Assembly (NCBI GenBank): GCA_964573405.1
Contig: CAZNJK010000003.1
Span: 3,826 to 67,825, forward strand
DNA: 64,000 nt
Source of the DNA: an uncultured Christensenella sp.
GTDB lineage: Bacteria; Bacillota; Clostridia; Christensenellales; UBA1242
Direction: 5' to 3'
This document shows positions 63,368-64,000 of this stretch, in pieces. The notes under the pieces were generated by a model. It had not been told where the DNA came from. It did not search any database and saw only the letters and a program-made list of their open reading frames with translations. Numbering within the stretch: the first letter of the stretch is position 1; every line of letters begins with the position of its first letter. The translations under genes were made by a program, and so were the position numbers.

Positions 63368-64000
63368 CTAATCATACAACCAATTGTCATATTCCTTAGT
63401 CACCACTACATTGATTATGATTCCAAGTTTTGAATTGTCAATTTCAACAGTGTAGTAAGTAGTAATTCCCTTACTCATAGTTACCTTAGAGCCATCAGCC
63501 CCAACTTGATAACTTACATCGCCGTCATCAACAATATCATAGAACATCGACTCATATATTCCAATGTAGTATTCGCCACCATTAAGGTCTTTGAATGTAA
63601 TCGTGTTGTCGCTATTAAGCGAGTTCACATGCTCAAAGTACGCTTCATTATTGGTCTTATTGTATAGGATGATATTTACATAATCCGTACTTGAATTTAC
63701 GCTAACTCCATTAGCCGTAGCAAACCTTACCTTAACCACCACATCAAATACATCGTTTTTGAACGTGATATACATATCCTTATCACTATCTATAGCCAAT
63801 GCGTACTCATTGGATGCCGTCTCTGTAAGCCCGATGTAGGTACCTAAAATGTCATCGGTCATACTAGCATAAGTATCCGTCCTAGACGCACCGCTCTCTA
63901 AATAATGATTTCTATGCATATTGTTCTCAACAACGTAATTCTTACTTGGAGTTAATGTGTATTTTAGTTGGCTACCAGCCTTCACAAACACACTTCCATC
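63368..64000 (-). CDS. C-terminal part of a beta-rich (surface?) protein; the ORF stays open to the window end
   Basis: The track start at 63991 is a GTG, and the frame has no stop up to position 64000, so the gene probably begins outside the window. No family recognised. Confidence 0.5.
   Translation of the reverse strand, partial: DGSVFVKAGSQLKYTLTPSKNYVVENNMHRNHYLESGASRTDTYASMTDDILGTYIGLTETASNEYALAIDSDKDMYITFKNDVFDVVVKVRFATANGVSVNSSTDYVNIILYNKTNNEAYFEHVNSLNSDNTITFKDLNGGEYYIGIYESMFYDIVDDGDVSYQVGADGSKVTMSKGITTYYTVEIDNSKLGIIINVVVTKEYDNWLYD

Overview
This is a 64-kb chromosomal segment of a low-GC, endospore-forming Firmicute. It looks Clostridia-like: intact sigK, gpr, a ctsR-mcsA-clpC operon with a CtsR operator, and a type-A RNase P RNA. 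Coding density is high and most genes are on the minus strand. All family calls come from motifs read in the translations; no database search was possible. Non-CDS coordinates are hand-counted and may be off by 1-2 nt.

Core genes present:
- lepA (partial), rarA, rnpB, sigK
- RNase J followed by a yrrM/yrrO-like tRNA-modification pair
- a type IIA topoisomerase pair
- murG, ddl, a murF-like ligase
- tsaE-tsaB-rimI, obg, nth, a cysteine desulfurase
- hpf, rpsT and assorted envelope genes

The main accessory block is an ~11-kb, tightly coupled minus-strand operon (27734 down to 16743). It encodes a large terminase, a small-terminase-like protein, portal-, scaffold- and capsid-like proteins, several unknown beta-rich proteins and two holin-type proteins. 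I see no integrase, repressor, replication genes, tape measure or recognisable endolysin. An ArpU/RinA-like activator lies just upstream, in an intergenic region that holds a LexA-type box and phased TTGTCAA repeats. I rank this as the best candidate for an undescribed system: a GTA-like or domesticated phage-particle locus under host SOS-type control.

Other observations worth a second look:
- three near-identical LexA-type boxes, one overlapping the -35 of an apparently leaderless HTH gene
- a 3 x 63-bp structured tandem repeat lying between convergent terminators
- a 19-codon hydrophobic ORF with consensus promoter, RBS and terminator
- a glycosyltransferase-acyltransferase fusion
- a MurF-like ligase whose N-terminal domain is replaced by about 5 TM helices
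- an ankyrin-repeat protein with highly similar 33-aa repeats
- several enzyme-family proteins with degenerate catalytic motifs
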